Positions 26,948-36,113 of a stretch of DNA of 64,000 bases are shown here, one piece after another. The position numbers and the translations under genes are program-made. The stretch lies in the NCBI GenBank assembly GCA_934096585.1, contig CAKOMG010000002.1, forward strand, positions 71,277-135,276, written 5' to 3'. The notes beneath the pieces were generated by a model. That model saw only the letters and a program-made list of their open reading frames with translations, had not been told where the DNA came from and searched no databases. The first letter of the stretch is position 1, and each line of letters starts with the position of its first letter. Source of the stretch: an uncultured Bacilli bacterium (GTDB lineage: Bacteria > Bacillota_I > Bacilli_A > ML615J-28 > CAG-698).

Positions 26948-28300
26948 ATGGGTTTTAGAAAAAATATTTCTTCATTACATTTGGCTCACAATAAAAATAC
27001 AGCAGGATGTACACCAGTAAGAATTGCCACTCCATCAGAAGTAATTCTTCCAATGGATATGCACTCTGGAAATGTTGCTGTACCAATTGTTAATGTTGGC
27101 GATTATGTTCGTGTTGGTCAATTAATTGCAAGAGAAGAAGGAAGATTTTCATCACCAGTTCATGCATCTGTATCTGGTACTGTTACTGAGATATCTCCTT
27201 TAAAACGTGCAAATGGTGATGTATTGGCAATTCATATTGCCAGTGATGGTAAGATGGAAAAAGATCCTAATTTAAAAGTTCCAGTAATGAATAACGCTGA
27301 TGAATTCTTACAAGCAGTTCGTGACAGTGGGTGTGTAGGCTTAGGTGGTGCGGCATTCCCAACTTGGGCAAAACTAAACGAAATGAGAAATGGTGAATAT
27401 ACTGTTGACACGGTTTTAGTTAACGCTGCTGAATGTGAACCATATATTACAAGCGACCACCGTATGATGATTGATCATCCAGATTTAATTGTCAAGGGAG
27501 TAGAATATTTAAGAACATATTTAAGTGACTATTTAAAAGATGCAAAATTTATGATTTGCATTGAAAAAAATAAACCAGATGCCATTGCAAAAATGAAAGA
27601 AGTTTTTGCTGGAAAAGATTATGTAGTTATTCATGAATTAAAAACAATTTATCCACAAGGAGCAAAACAAGTAATGTTATATAATGCAACAGGACGTGTT
27701 GCAATAGCAGGAAAGAGATTCCCATCATTCCATGCTATCATTATTAATGTTTCATCACTTGCAAAGACTGCTGAATACTTATCAACTGGTATGCCACTTG
27801 TTGAAAGAATTGTAACGGTTGATGGCCCTGCAGTTGCTAATCCAATGAATTTAATAGCTCCAATTGGAACAAAGATTAGTTGCTTGTTAAAAGAAACAGG
27901 ATTAAAATCAGAACCTGGAAAAGTAGTAATTGGAGGACCAATGAATGGACATGCAGTTGTATCAATAGATGATCCAATAGTAAAAGTTTCAAACTGTGTA
28001 TTAGCATTTGATGAAAAATCAAGTATATTACCAGAACCAAGTGTTTGTATTCACTGTGGACGTTGCATAAATCATTGTCCAATTAAGATTAGTGTTCCAG
28101 CTGTTGAAACAGCATTAAATGAACCAAATGAAGATATTCGTGCACAAAAATTAATTGCAACAGGAGTTCGTCAATGTGTTGATTGTGCGAGTTGCTCATA
28201 TATTTGCCCTGCTCACAGACACTTACTTGAAGCTAATCAAAAAGCAAAGAGATTCTTAAAAAATTATGAAAGAGCTCAAAAAGAAGGAGGTAATAAATAA
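26948..28300 (+). CDS. rnfC: Rnf complex subunit C
   Basis: RBS AGGAGG. NADH/FMN-binding 'GLGGAAFPT'. Two 4Fe-4S motifs, CIHCGRCINHCP and CVDCASCSYICP. Confidence 0.9.
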   Translation: MGFRKNISSLHLAHNKNTAGCTPVRIATPSEVILPMDMHSGNVAVPIVNVGDYVRVGQLIAREEGRFSSPVHASVSGTVTEISPLKRANGDVLAIHIASDGKMEKDPNLKVPVMNNADEFLQAVRDSGCVGLGGAAFPTWAKLNEMRNGEYTVDTVLVNAAECEPYITSDHRMMIDHPDLIVKGVEYLRTYLSDYLKDAKFMICIEKNKPDAIAKMKEVFAGKDYVVIHELKTIYPQGAKQVMLYNATGRVAIAGKRFPSFHAIIINVSSLAKTAEYLSTGMPLVERIVTVDGPAVANPMNLIAPIGTKISCLLKETGLKSEPGKVVIGGPMNGHAVVSIDDPIVKVSNCVLAFDEKSSILPEPSVCIHCGRCINHCPIKISVPAVETALNEPNEDIRAQKLIATGVRQCVDCASCSYICPAHRHLLEANQKAKRFLKNYERAQKEGGNK

Positions 28301-29232
28301 TGGAAAATTTACATGTTTCTAATGCACCTCATATTTGTACTCATAATTCAACAAGAAATGTGATGTTAGATGTTTTAATTGCTTTATTACCAGCAACAGT
28401 TGCTTCAATAGTATTGTTTGGTCTTAAAGCTCTATGGATAATTCTTGCATGTGTTGCAAGTGCTGTTTTGAGCGAATTTATTTTTAATTTATGTGTTAAG
28501 AAAAAACAAACAATTGGCGATTTAAGTGCAGTTGTTACAGGCTTAATTTTAGCACTAAACTTAAGCACAAAAGTTGCTATTTGGCAATGTGTAATTGGAA
28601 GTGTATTTGCAATTATCGTTGTTAAATGTTTATTTGGTGGGTTAGGAAAAAACATTTGTAACCCCGCAATTGCCGCTCGTGTATTCTTGCTGTTAACATT
28701 CGCATCAGTTGCTGGTGGTGGACAACCTGTTAATCCAGAATTTGTTTCTAGTGCCACTCCACTTGCATTTTTAAATACTGGAGTTAATGCAACAGGTGCT
28801 CCAACATTGTTACAATTACTACTTGGAACACATGGCGGAACTATTGGTGAGACTTGTGCAGTTGCATTATTAGTAGGATATATTTACTTAGTAATCAGAA
28901 ATGTAATTAAGTGGTATGTACCTCTAGCATTTGTGTTAACAGTATTTGTTTGCTATTTAATTTTTGATCATAGCGTTACATATGCCTTATCACATGTATT
29001 AGCTGGTGGTTTATTATTTGGTGCTATTTATATGGCTACTGATTATGTAACTACTCCAATTAGTAATTTAGGCAAAGTAGTGTTCTGCGTAGGTTGTGGA
29101 CTTATTACATTCGCAATTAGAAAATGGGGCTCTTACCCAGAAGGTGTTTCAATTTCAATTTTGGTAATGAATTTATTAGTACCTCTAATTGAAAGAATTA
29201 CAGTTCCAAGAACATTAGGTGGAATTAGATAG
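28300..29232 (+). CDS. rnfD: Rnf complex subunit D
   Basis: Polytopic NqrB/RnfD-like protein; overlaps the rnfC stop. Confidence 0.85.
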   Translation: MENLHVSNAPHICTHNSTRNVMLDVLIALLPATVASIVLFGLKALWIILACVASAVLSEFIFNLCVKKKQTIGDLSAVVTGLILALNLSTKVAIWQCVIGSVFAIIVVKCLFGGLGKNICNPAIAARVFLLLTFASVAGGGQPVNPEFVSSATPLAFLNTGVNATGAPTLLQLLLGTHGGTIGETCAVALLVGYIYLVIRNVIKWYVPLAFVLTVFVCYLIFDHSVTYALSHVLAGGLLFGAIYMATDYVTTPISNLGKVVFCVGCGLITFAIRKWGSYPEGVSISILVMNLLVPLIERITVPRTLGGIR

Positions 29233-29243
29233 TAAGGAGGACA

Positions 29244-30533
29244 ATGAAAATGAAAAAAGAATATATAAAATCTTCTTTAATTATTGTAGTCGTTGTTTTA
29301 GTATTTGGCGGATTAATGTTTGCCTTAAACTTCCTTACAGGACCAATAATTGAAGAAAATAATCAAGGTGCTGAACTTGCACCATTAAAAGAAGTTATGC
29401 CTGATGGTGTTAAATTTGAACTTATTTATGACAAAGATAATGCTTCAGCATCAACTTTAACTGGTGTTAAAGATCATGTATCAAAAGTGTATAAAGAAAC
29501 AACAGATAAAGGATACGTATTTCGTTGTGAAACAACTTCACAATATTCAAAAAATCCAATGATTTTTACTGTTGGTATTACAATTGATGGAAAAATTTGT
29601 GGAGTTAAAGTTAATGAATATCATGAATCACTTGACTTTAAAGATTATCCACAAAACTATGTTGGCAAAGATTCAACTCTTGCTGATGTAGGTGTATTTA
29701 GTGGCGTTACATTTTCTTCAAATGCTTTTAAAGAAGCAATGGAAGAAGGATTTGATGCTTTAATTAAAAACAATCTAATTAAAGAAGCTGTTAAAACAGA
29801 TGATCAAATTTTATCAGAATTAATCCTAACAAAACATACAGGACTTGCATCAAATGGTGTATTAAAATGTTCAACAATTGAAGCAAGTGGAAATATTGTT
29901 AAAGGATATAAAGGAGATAATGGTTCAGGATTTGCCTTAATCATGAAAGATAATGATAAAATGTATTTAGTTGTAACTAATCCATTTGGTGGAGCATGTG
30001 TATATGATGTTGAAGGAAAAGATGTTACTTCTAGTCATGAAACATTAGTAGCAGATGCAAAAGCATATCAATTACAAAATGGTACAGATTCTAAAGATTC
30101 ATTAGTTACAAAAGTTGGAAATATAATGAATAGCACTATTACCGATGCTCAAGTTCAAGAACTTAACATATTTAGTTCTGTTGTTGCAAATGTTAAGTTT
30201 ACATTAGATGGTGTAACTTACTATGCATTCAACGCTAAAAACTTTAGTTTTGATTCAAATGTAATGAATATATTCTTTATCCTTGATGAAAATGGAGCTA
30301 TCGTTAAAATGACTGCTGATGCATTTGTATTCGAAACAGACTATTTCACGACATTAGATCCAAATTGGAATGCTTCAAATTATATTAGTGGCTTTACAGG
30401 CTTAACTAATGAAACATTTGATGGAACTCAAGCTGTAATTGGTGGAGCTACTATGTCAACAAATGCAATGAAACAAGCAACAAATGATGTTTTTGCAGCA
30501 TTTAAATTAGCAAAAACTGGAGGTAATAAATAA
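29244..30533 (+). CDS. rnfG: Rnf complex subunit G, about twice normal length, with two FMN-attachment-like motifs
   Basis: N-terminal TM; 'FSGVTFSSNAFKEA' near aa 150 and 'VIGGATMSTNAMKQA' near aa 400, both resembling the [SG]GAT[IM]S[ST] flavinylation site. Confidence 0.8.
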   Translation: MKMKKEYIKSSLIIVVVVLVFGGLMFALNFLTGPIIEENNQGAELAPLKEVMPDGVKFELIYDKDNASASTLTGVKDHVSKVYKETTDKGYVFRCETTSQYSKNPMIFTVGITIDGKICGVKVNEYHESLDFKDYPQNYVGKDSTLADVGVFSGVTFSSNAFKEAMEEGFDALIKNNLIKEAVKTDDQILSELILTKHTGLASNGVLKCSTIEASGNIVKGYKGDNGSGFALIMKDNDKMYLVVTNPFGGACVYDVEGKDVTSSHETLVADAKAYQLQNGTDSKDSLVTKVGNIMNSTITDAQVQELNIFSSVVANVKFTLDGVTYYAFNAKNFSFDSNVMNIFFILDENGAIVKMTADAFVFETDYFTTLDPNWNASNYISGFTGLTNETFDGTQAVIGGATMSTNAMKQATNDVFAAFKLAKTGGNK

Positions 30534-31138
30534 TGATGAAATTAAAAAAATTACTTTTAAGAGGAACACCATCATTCTTAATCCCATTAGGAGCAGGATT
30601 CGTAATGGCTTCAAGTGCTGATATTCGTGCAGCATTAGGAATGGGTGGAGCAGTAATTGTTATTTTGTTACTTACATCAATTGTTGTTTCCGCAATTAAA
30701 AATATTGTCCCTAATCGTGCTAAAGTTCCAACATACATTTTAATTGTTACAGGATTTACATCTTTAGTTAACATGTTTATGTCCGCATATTTTCCAAATG
30801 TAGTGGATATGTTAGGTGTTCATCTTGCATGTCTTGCTGTAAGTGCAGTTAACTTTAGAGAAGCTAATGAAGTAGCATGCATGGAAAAAGAAGGAACTTC
30901 AATTATCTCTGCATTGCTTACTGGTGCATTCTTCTTAGTAATTATGGTTGTGTGTGCACTATTCCGTGAAGTACTTGGAAATGGATCTTTCTTTGGATTA
31001 AAAATAGAATTTCTACAAGATTATAAAATTCAAACTCTAGTTGGTGCTTTTGGTGGATACTTAGTTCTTGCCATAGTGCTTGCAGTTATTAGAAAAATAG
31101 GAGAAAAATTTGAAACAAAAGAGGAGGTAGTTGAATAA
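30533..31138 (+). CDS. rnfE: Rnf complex subunit E
   Basis: RnfE/NqrD-like 6-TM protein; overlaps the rnfG stop. Confidence 0.85.
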   Translation: MMKLKKLLLRGTPSFLIPLGAGFVMASSADIRAALGMGGAVIVILLLTSIVVSAIKNIVPNRAKVPTYILIVTGFTSLVNMFMSAYFPNVVDMLGVHLACLAVSAVNFREANEVACMEKEGTSIISALLTGAFFLVIMVVCALFREVLGNGSFFGLKIEFLQDYKIQTLVGAFGGYLVLAIVLAVIRKIGEKFETKEEVVE

Positions 31139-31686
31139 TGAGTTTAAAATTAATTTTTGGTATTTTACTTGCTGGTATTTTATCAAACAACTACGCAGTA
31201 CTTAAGTTTTTAGGAACTGGTGCCGTAATTGAAAATAATCGTTCAATTAAAAGATCAGTCATAATCGGACTTGGAACTACTCTTGTTATGTTAGTAACAA
31301 CTTTAATTACTTGGCCAATAAATAAGTATCTTCTTCAAAAAGTATCTTATTTACAAACACTTGTATTTGTTCTTGTTGTATTACTTGTTGTTGAATTAGT
31401 TCATTTAATTGCCAAAAAGAAACTAGAAGGATTCTGTCAAGTTGATTTTTTAACATTTGCAATTAATGGAGCCGTTTTAGGACTATGTATAAATGGAACA
31501 ACATTACCATTTGGTGAAGCTATTGTAACATCAATTGGTGTTGGTATTGGTTTAATGGTTACAATGGTTGTATTTAGTACTTTACATGAAAGAATTGATG
31601 AAACTGCTGTTCCTAAAGCCTTTAGAGGAGTTCCTATTAGTTTACTTATTGCGGGAATGATGGCACTTGCCTTCTTAGCGTTTTAA
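31138..31686 (+). CDS. rnfA: Rnf complex subunit A
   Basis: RnfA/NqrE-like 6-TM protein; overlaps the rnfE stop. Confidence 0.85.
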   Translation: MSLKLIFGILLAGILSNNYAVLKFLGTGAVIENNRSIKRSVIIGLGTTLVMLVTTLITWPINKYLLQKVSYLQTLVFVLVVLLVVELVHLIAKKKLEGFCQVDFLTFAINGAVLGLCINGTTLPFGEAIVTSIGVGIGLMVTMVVFSTLHERIDETAVPKAFRGVPISLLIAGMMALAFLAF

Positions 31687-32033
31687 TGAAAAAAAGAGAT
31701 ATTTTAATTATATGTGGAATATTAGTGTTCGCCGGCTTATTACTTTTGATTATTAATTTAACTAAAAAACCGGGAGCTGGCGTTATAGTAAGAATTAATG
31801 GTGTAGAAGTTGCCAAATACTCATTTGATAATGAAGGAACATACGAGTTAAACGGGGGCACTAATATTTTAATTATAAAAGACAATGAGGCATGGCTCGA
31901 GTCAGCAACATGCAAAGACAAAATTTGTGTTAAAGAAGGAAAAATAAGCAAAGAAGGAGAAACAATTACATGTCTTCCTAATAAACTAACAGTTACAGTT
32001 TATGGAAGAGATAGTTTTGTGGAAATAGAATGA
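31686..32033 (+). CDS. small membrane-anchored protein, NusG-domain-II-like (DUF1312-type); not rnfB
   Basis: N-terminal TM, then a beta-rich region with Cys pairs (CKDKIC...TITC). Too short and lacking ferredoxin clusters, so it is not RnfB. The family call is a recollection. Confidence 0.4.
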   Translation: MKKRDILIICGILVFAGLLLLIINLTKKPGAGVIVRINGVEVAKYSFDNEGTYELNGGTNILIIKDNEAWLESATCKDKICVKEGKISKEGETITCLPNKLTVTVYGRDSFVEIE

Positions 32034-32533
32034 AACCAATAAAGAAAATAGCATACTTAAGTATATTTGTCGCTTTAGCAATGATTCTTTCTTTCATTGA
32101 AAGTCAAATCCCAACATTTCTACCTGTTCCAGGAATTAAGTTAGGATTACCTAATATGGCAATTATTTTCTTGCTATATCGTTTTAGTTGGAAAGAAGCC
32201 GCTATTGTTAATTTGATTCGTATATTGCTTGTTAGTTGGCTATTTGGTTCTGTCTATAGTTTATTATATAGTCTAGCTGGTGGCATTTTAAGCTTATTAG
32301 CTATGGCATTACTTAAAAAAACAAATTGGTTATCAACTATTACAGTTAGCGTAATTGGTGGTGTTTGCCATAATATAGGTCAAATTATTACTGCTTGCTT
32401 TGTCACTTCCACAAAAGAAATTGTTGGATACTTGCCTGTTTTATTAATTACTGGTACAGTCGCAGGCATAGTAATTGGTATTATAAGTGCACAATTAATT
32501 AAAAAATTTGACACAATAGGTTTATCAAAATGA
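32030..32533 (+). CDS. Gx transporter family protein (heptaprenyl diphosphate synthase component I-like fold)
   Basis: 5-TM protein '...PGIKLGLPNMAIIFLLYRFSWKEAAIVNLIRILLVSWLFGS...'. Overlaps the preceding ORF. Confidence 0.55.
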   Translation: MKPIKKIAYLSIFVALAMILSFIESQIPTFLPVPGIKLGLPNMAIIFLLYRFSWKEAAIVNLIRILLVSWLFGSVYSLLYSLAGGILSLLAMALLKKTNWLSTITVSVIGGVCHNIGQIITACFVTSTKEIVGYLPVLLITGTVAGIVIGIISAQLIKKFDTIGLSK

Positions 32534-32560
32534 TTATAGGTTCCTATAATCATTTTTTTA
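32532..32560 (+). terminator. intrinsic terminator ending the apbE-rnf operon
   Basis: GATTATAGG / CCTATAATC stem followed by CATTTTTTT. Confidence 0.55.
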
Positions 32561-32637
32561 TATTATTGTAAATAAATGATTGAAAAATTGTTCAAAATAG
32601 TATATAATAGATATGATTGATATTATTGGAGATTAAT

Positions 32638-33522
32638 ATGAAAGTGTGGAATGTTTTAATTTTGGTTAATGAACACAAAGACCATAATTTGAAAATCACA
32701 AAAGAAGTAATTACATTTTTAAATAATAACAATTGTCAAGTTTATATCGAAGAAGAAATTTCATCAAAAGTATCCGAGGCAAAAATTTTAAATAAAGATT
32801 CAGTTGTTGATTTTGCTCTTGTTCTTGGTGGTGATGGAACTTTACTTAATGGCCTTCATAAATATGTTGAAAAGGATTTTCCATATTTTGGAATTAATTT
32901 AGGTAGAGTTGGATGCTTATTAGAAGCAAATGCCACTAATTACAAAGATAAAATCTCTAGTATTTTGCATGATAAATATTTTATTGAAAAGCGAAATACT
33001 TTAGAATATGTTGTTAAAAATAATGAAAATACCTATAAAGGAATAGCTTTTAATGAAGTAGCTTTAGAACGTGGCAAATTATTTAAAATGTTATTGATTA
33101 ATATGTATATTAATGGAAACAATAAAACTTCTTTTTATGCAGATGGAGTAATTGTTGCTACATCAACAGGTTCAAGTGCCTTTAGTTTATCTAGTGGCGG
33201 ACCACTCCTATTGCCAAGTGCAAAAAATTTTGTAATTACGCCACTTTGCCCGCAACTTCGAAATATTACATCTTTAGTAGTGAATGATACAGATGTTATT
33301 TCCATTGATATTAAGGATTTACAAGTTCGAGAATCTTATAAAGACAATAAACCAATTGTAACAATTGATGGACGAATAATGATTGACATAGATGAAAATA
33401 GCAATCTTACCATTACCAAGAGTCCTAAAATTTTAAAAATCATTAAAGTTAATGGACAAGAATCTTACTTTGAACCTACATTCAAGGTAGCGATGTCAAA
33501 TCAAAACTTATTCAATAATTAA
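32638..33522 (+). CDS. nadK: NAD+ kinase
   Basis: 'GGDGTLL' and 'GINLGRVGCL' motifs. Start set to ATG 32638 with GGAG upstream. Confidence 0.85.
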   Translation: MKVWNVLILVNEHKDHNLKITKEVITFLNNNNCQVYIEEEISSKVSEAKILNKDSVVDFALVLGGDGTLLNGLHKYVEKDFPYFGINLGRVGCLLEANATNYKDKISSILHDKYFIEKRNTLEYVVKNNENTYKGIAFNEVALERGKLFKMLLINMYINGNNKTSFYADGVIVATSTGSSAFSLSSGGPLLLPSAKNFVITPLCPQLRNITSLVVNDTDVISIDIKDLQVRESYKDNKPIVTIDGRIMIDIDENSNLTITKSPKILKIIKVNGQESYFEPTFKVAMSNQNLFNN

Positions 33523-33537
33523 AAAAGGAGTAGAAAA

Positions 33538-34395
33538 ATGGACAAGTTTAAATTAAATCAAATTGTTTTAAAAGAAGAACTAAACCCTACTGTTACAAAG
33601 ATGGAAGTTTATTCTCCTTTTATTGCTAAAAAAGCTGAACCTGGTGAATTCATTATCTTAAGAGTTGATGAAGTCGGTGAAAGAATCCCACTAACTATTG
33701 CTGGATATGATAGAGAAAAAGGAACAGTTACTATTATTTTCCAAATCGTAGGTGGAACAACAATGTTATTAAACGGCTTAAATGAAGGAGATCAAATTCA
33801 TGATTTTGTAGGACCTTTAGGAAAAGCTACTGAAACAGAAGGATTAAAGAAAGTTGCTGTTGTTGGTGGTGGTGTAGGCTGTGCTATAGCTTTACCAGTT
33901 GCTAAAAAATTACATGACAATGGTTGTGTTGTACATTCTGTTGTAGGTTTCAGAAATAAAGATTTAGTTATTTTAGAAAAAGAATTCACTGAAGCCAGTG
34001 ATAAATTATGCTTAATGACTGATGATGGTAGTTATGGAACAAAAGGATTAGTTACTAATGCTTTAGAAGAATTAATCAAAGCAGGAAATGAATATGATGA
34101 AGTAATTGCTATCGGACCATTAATCATGATGAAGTTCGTTACAATGCTTACTAAAAAATATAACATTAAAACAGTTGTAAGTATGAACCCTATTATGATT
34201 GACGGAACTGGTATGTGCGGTTGCTGCCGATTAACAGTAGGTGGAAAAACAAAATTTGCTTGCGTTGATGGACCAGACTTTGATGCATTTGAAGTAGATT
34301 TTGATGAAGCTATTTCTAGATCAAGAAGTTATACAGAATTTGAAGCAAAAGCAAGAGAAAAATCTTGTAATCTATTAAAGAAGGCGGTTAAATAA
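33538..34395 (+). CDS. nfnA: NADH-dependent reduced ferredoxin:NADP+ oxidoreductase subunit A (sulfide dehydrogenase beta / PyrK-like)
   Basis: FAD/NAD-binding PyrK-like fold ('VAVVGGGVGCAIALPVA'). C-terminal 2Fe-2S Cys cluster 'GTGMCGCCRLTVGGKTKFACVDGP'. Confidence 0.8.
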   Translation: MDKFKLNQIVLKEELNPTVTKMEVYSPFIAKKAEPGEFIILRVDEVGERIPLTIAGYDREKGTVTIIFQIVGGTTMLLNGLNEGDQIHDFVGPLGKATETEGLKKVAVVGGGVGCAIALPVAKKLHDNGCVVHSVVGFRNKDLVILEKEFTEASDKLCLMTDDGSYGTKGLVTNALEELIKAGNEYDEVIAIGPLIMMKFVTMLTKKYNIKTVVSMNPIMIDGTGMCGCCRLTVGGKTKFACVDGPDFDAFEVDFDEAISRSRSYTEFEAKAREKSCNLLKKAVK

Positions 34396-34397
34396 TT

Positions 34398-35786
34398 ATG
34401 CCAAATATGTCATTAAAAAAGAATCCAATGCCATCTCTTGATGCAAATGTAAGAAATAAAAATTTTGAAGAAGTTGCTTTAGGTTATACTGAAGCTATGG
34501 CAATTGATGAAGCAGAAAGATGTTTACATTGTAAAACTAAACCTTGTGTTGGCGGATGTCCAGTAGGAATCAATATTCCTGATTTTATTGCTCAAATCAA
34601 AGATCATAATTTTGAAGAAGCTTATAATATCATTTACAAGAGCAGTGCTTTACCAGCTGTTTGTGGACGTGTATGTCCTCAAGAAAGCCAATGTGAAGGA
34701 AAATGCGTAAGAGGAATTAAAGGTGAACCAGTAGGAATTGGTAGACTTGAAAGATTTGTTGCTGATTATCATAATGCTCATAATACAAAAGTTGCTGATA
34801 AACCAGTATCGAATGGTCATAAAGTAGCAGTTATCGGATCAGGTCCTTCAGGATTAACATGTGCTGGAAAACTTGCACTTGAAGGATATGAAGTAACAAT
34901 TTTTGAAGCCTTACATATGGCCGGTGGAGTTTTAGTATATGGTATTCCAGAATTCCGTCTTCCAAAATCAATTGTTAAAAAAGAAATTGATAATCTAATT
35001 GCTTTAGGTGTTAAAGTAGAAACAAATATGGTTATTGGTAAAGTTATATCAATCGACGAACTAATTGAAGAATATCATTTCGAAGCCATCTTTATTGGTA
35101 GTGGTGCTGGTCTTCCTAAATTTATGGGAATTCCTGGTGAAAACTTAAAAGGTGTATTCAGTGCTAATGAAATTTTAACTCGTGTTAATTTAATGAAAGC
35201 ATATCAATCTGATTCTACTACTCCAGTTAAACAAAATAAAAATGTTGCTGTAGTTGGTGGTGGTAACGTTGCAATGGATGCTGCTAGATGTGCAAAACGT
35301 TTAGGTGCTGAAAATGTATATATCGTATATCGTCGTAGCTTAGATGAATTACCAGCAAGAAAAGAAGAAGTTGAACATGCAATGGAAGAAGGAATCATCT
35401 TCAAAGTATTAACTAACCCAACAGAATTAATTGGTGATGAAACTGGTACAGTAAGCCAAATGAAATGTGTTGAAATGGAATTAGGAGAAGCTGATGCATC
35501 AGGAAGAAGAAAACCGGTTGTAAAGGCAGATTCTGAATTTGTTATGGATGTTGACTGTGTAATTATGGCTTTAGGTACTTCACCTAACCCATTAATTAAG
35601 AATACAACTAAAGGATTAGATACTGAAAAATGGGGCGGAATCATTGCTAATGAAGATGGTTTAACTTCAAGAGAAGGTATTTATGCTGGTGGAGATGCCG
35701 TAACAGGTGCAGCTACTGTTATTCTTGCAATGGGTGCTGGAAAGAAAGCAGCAGAAGCAATTGATAACTATTTAAAGAATAAGTAA
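34398..35786 (+). CDS. nfnB: NfnB / glutamate synthase small-chain-like NADPH oxidoreductase
   Basis: N-terminal 2x[4Fe-4S] Cys clusters (CLHCKTKPCVGGCPV; CGRVCPQESQCEGKC). Two Rossmann motifs, 'VAVIGSGPSGLTCA' and 'VAVVGGGNVAMD'. Confidence 0.8.
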   Translation: MPNMSLKKNPMPSLDANVRNKNFEEVALGYTEAMAIDEAERCLHCKTKPCVGGCPVGINIPDFIAQIKDHNFEEAYNIIYKSSALPAVCGRVCPQESQCEGKCVRGIKGEPVGIGRLERFVADYHNAHNTKVADKPVSNGHKVAVIGSGPSGLTCAGKLALEGYEVTIFEALHMAGGVLVYGIPEFRLPKSIVKKEIDNLIALGVKVETNMVIGKVISIDELIEEYHFEAIFIGSGAGLPKFMGIPGENLKGVFSANEILTRVNLMKAYQSDSTTPVKQNKNVAVVGGGNVAMDAARCAKRLGAENVYIVYRRSLDELPARKEEVEHAMEEGIIFKVLTNPTELIGDETGTVSQMKCVEMELGEADASGRRKPVVKADSEFVMDVDCVIMALGTSPNPLIKNTTKGLDTEKWGGIIANEDGLTSREGIYAGGDAVTGAATVILAMGAGKKAAEAIDNYLKNK

Positions 35787-35794
35787 AGTTATAA

Positions 35795-35828
35795 ATGAAC
35801 TAATCATTATGGTTAGTTCATTTTTTTG
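35795..35828 (+). terminator. intrinsic terminator after nfnB
   Basis: ATGAACTAA-(9 nt)-TTAGTTCAT followed by T7. Confidence 0.65.
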
Positions 35829-35974
35829 TTATAACTATTATAATTATAGTTTTTTATTAAAATTAGTTCAAAATTTTCCCTAGAATCCTATTATTAAAAT
35901 TGCACGTTTAATTAAAGGCGTTTAAACATTGAAAGACTACAGTCTAAAATATGGCTTCACCTGGATTATCAGCC

Positions 35975-36003
35975 TTGACAAACAAAGAAAATTATGTTAA
36001 TAT
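35975..36003 (+). promoter_or_regulatory. sigma-A promoter TTGACA-17-TAATAT for the MATE transporter gene
   Basis: TTGACA at 35975-35980, a 17-nt spacer, TAATAT at 35998-36003. Confidence 0.55.
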
Positions 36004-36061
36004 ATAAATATACATCGGAGGACTAATTGTCGTAACAATTTTTATAGTCAGATGAGATGAC

Positions 36062-36095
36062 GAGTGAGCTCGGTATAATGAGTTCACTCATTTTT
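36062..36095 (+). promoter_or_regulatory. terminator-like hairpin plus T-run inside the approximately 105-nt 5' leader of the MATE gene, with an overlapping alternative stem; candidate attenuator or riboswitch expression platform
   Basis: ATGAG-TTCA-CTCAT plus TTTTT at 36078-36095. An alternative pairing, GAGTGA (36062-36067) with TCACTC (36084-36089), competes for the same 3' arm. The hairpin ends 6 nt before the RBS AGGAGG. Confidence 0.35.
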
Positions 36096-36113
36096 GTTAT
36101 ATAGGAGGAAAAA

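Noticed and set aside
31686-32033. Possibility that the 115-aa ORF after rnfA is a truncated rnfB
   Set aside because: It has a single N-terminal TM helix and only scattered Cys residues (CKDKIC, TITC). It has no CxxCxxCxxxCP ferredoxin clusters and is far shorter than RnfB, so it is called a NusG-II-like small protein.
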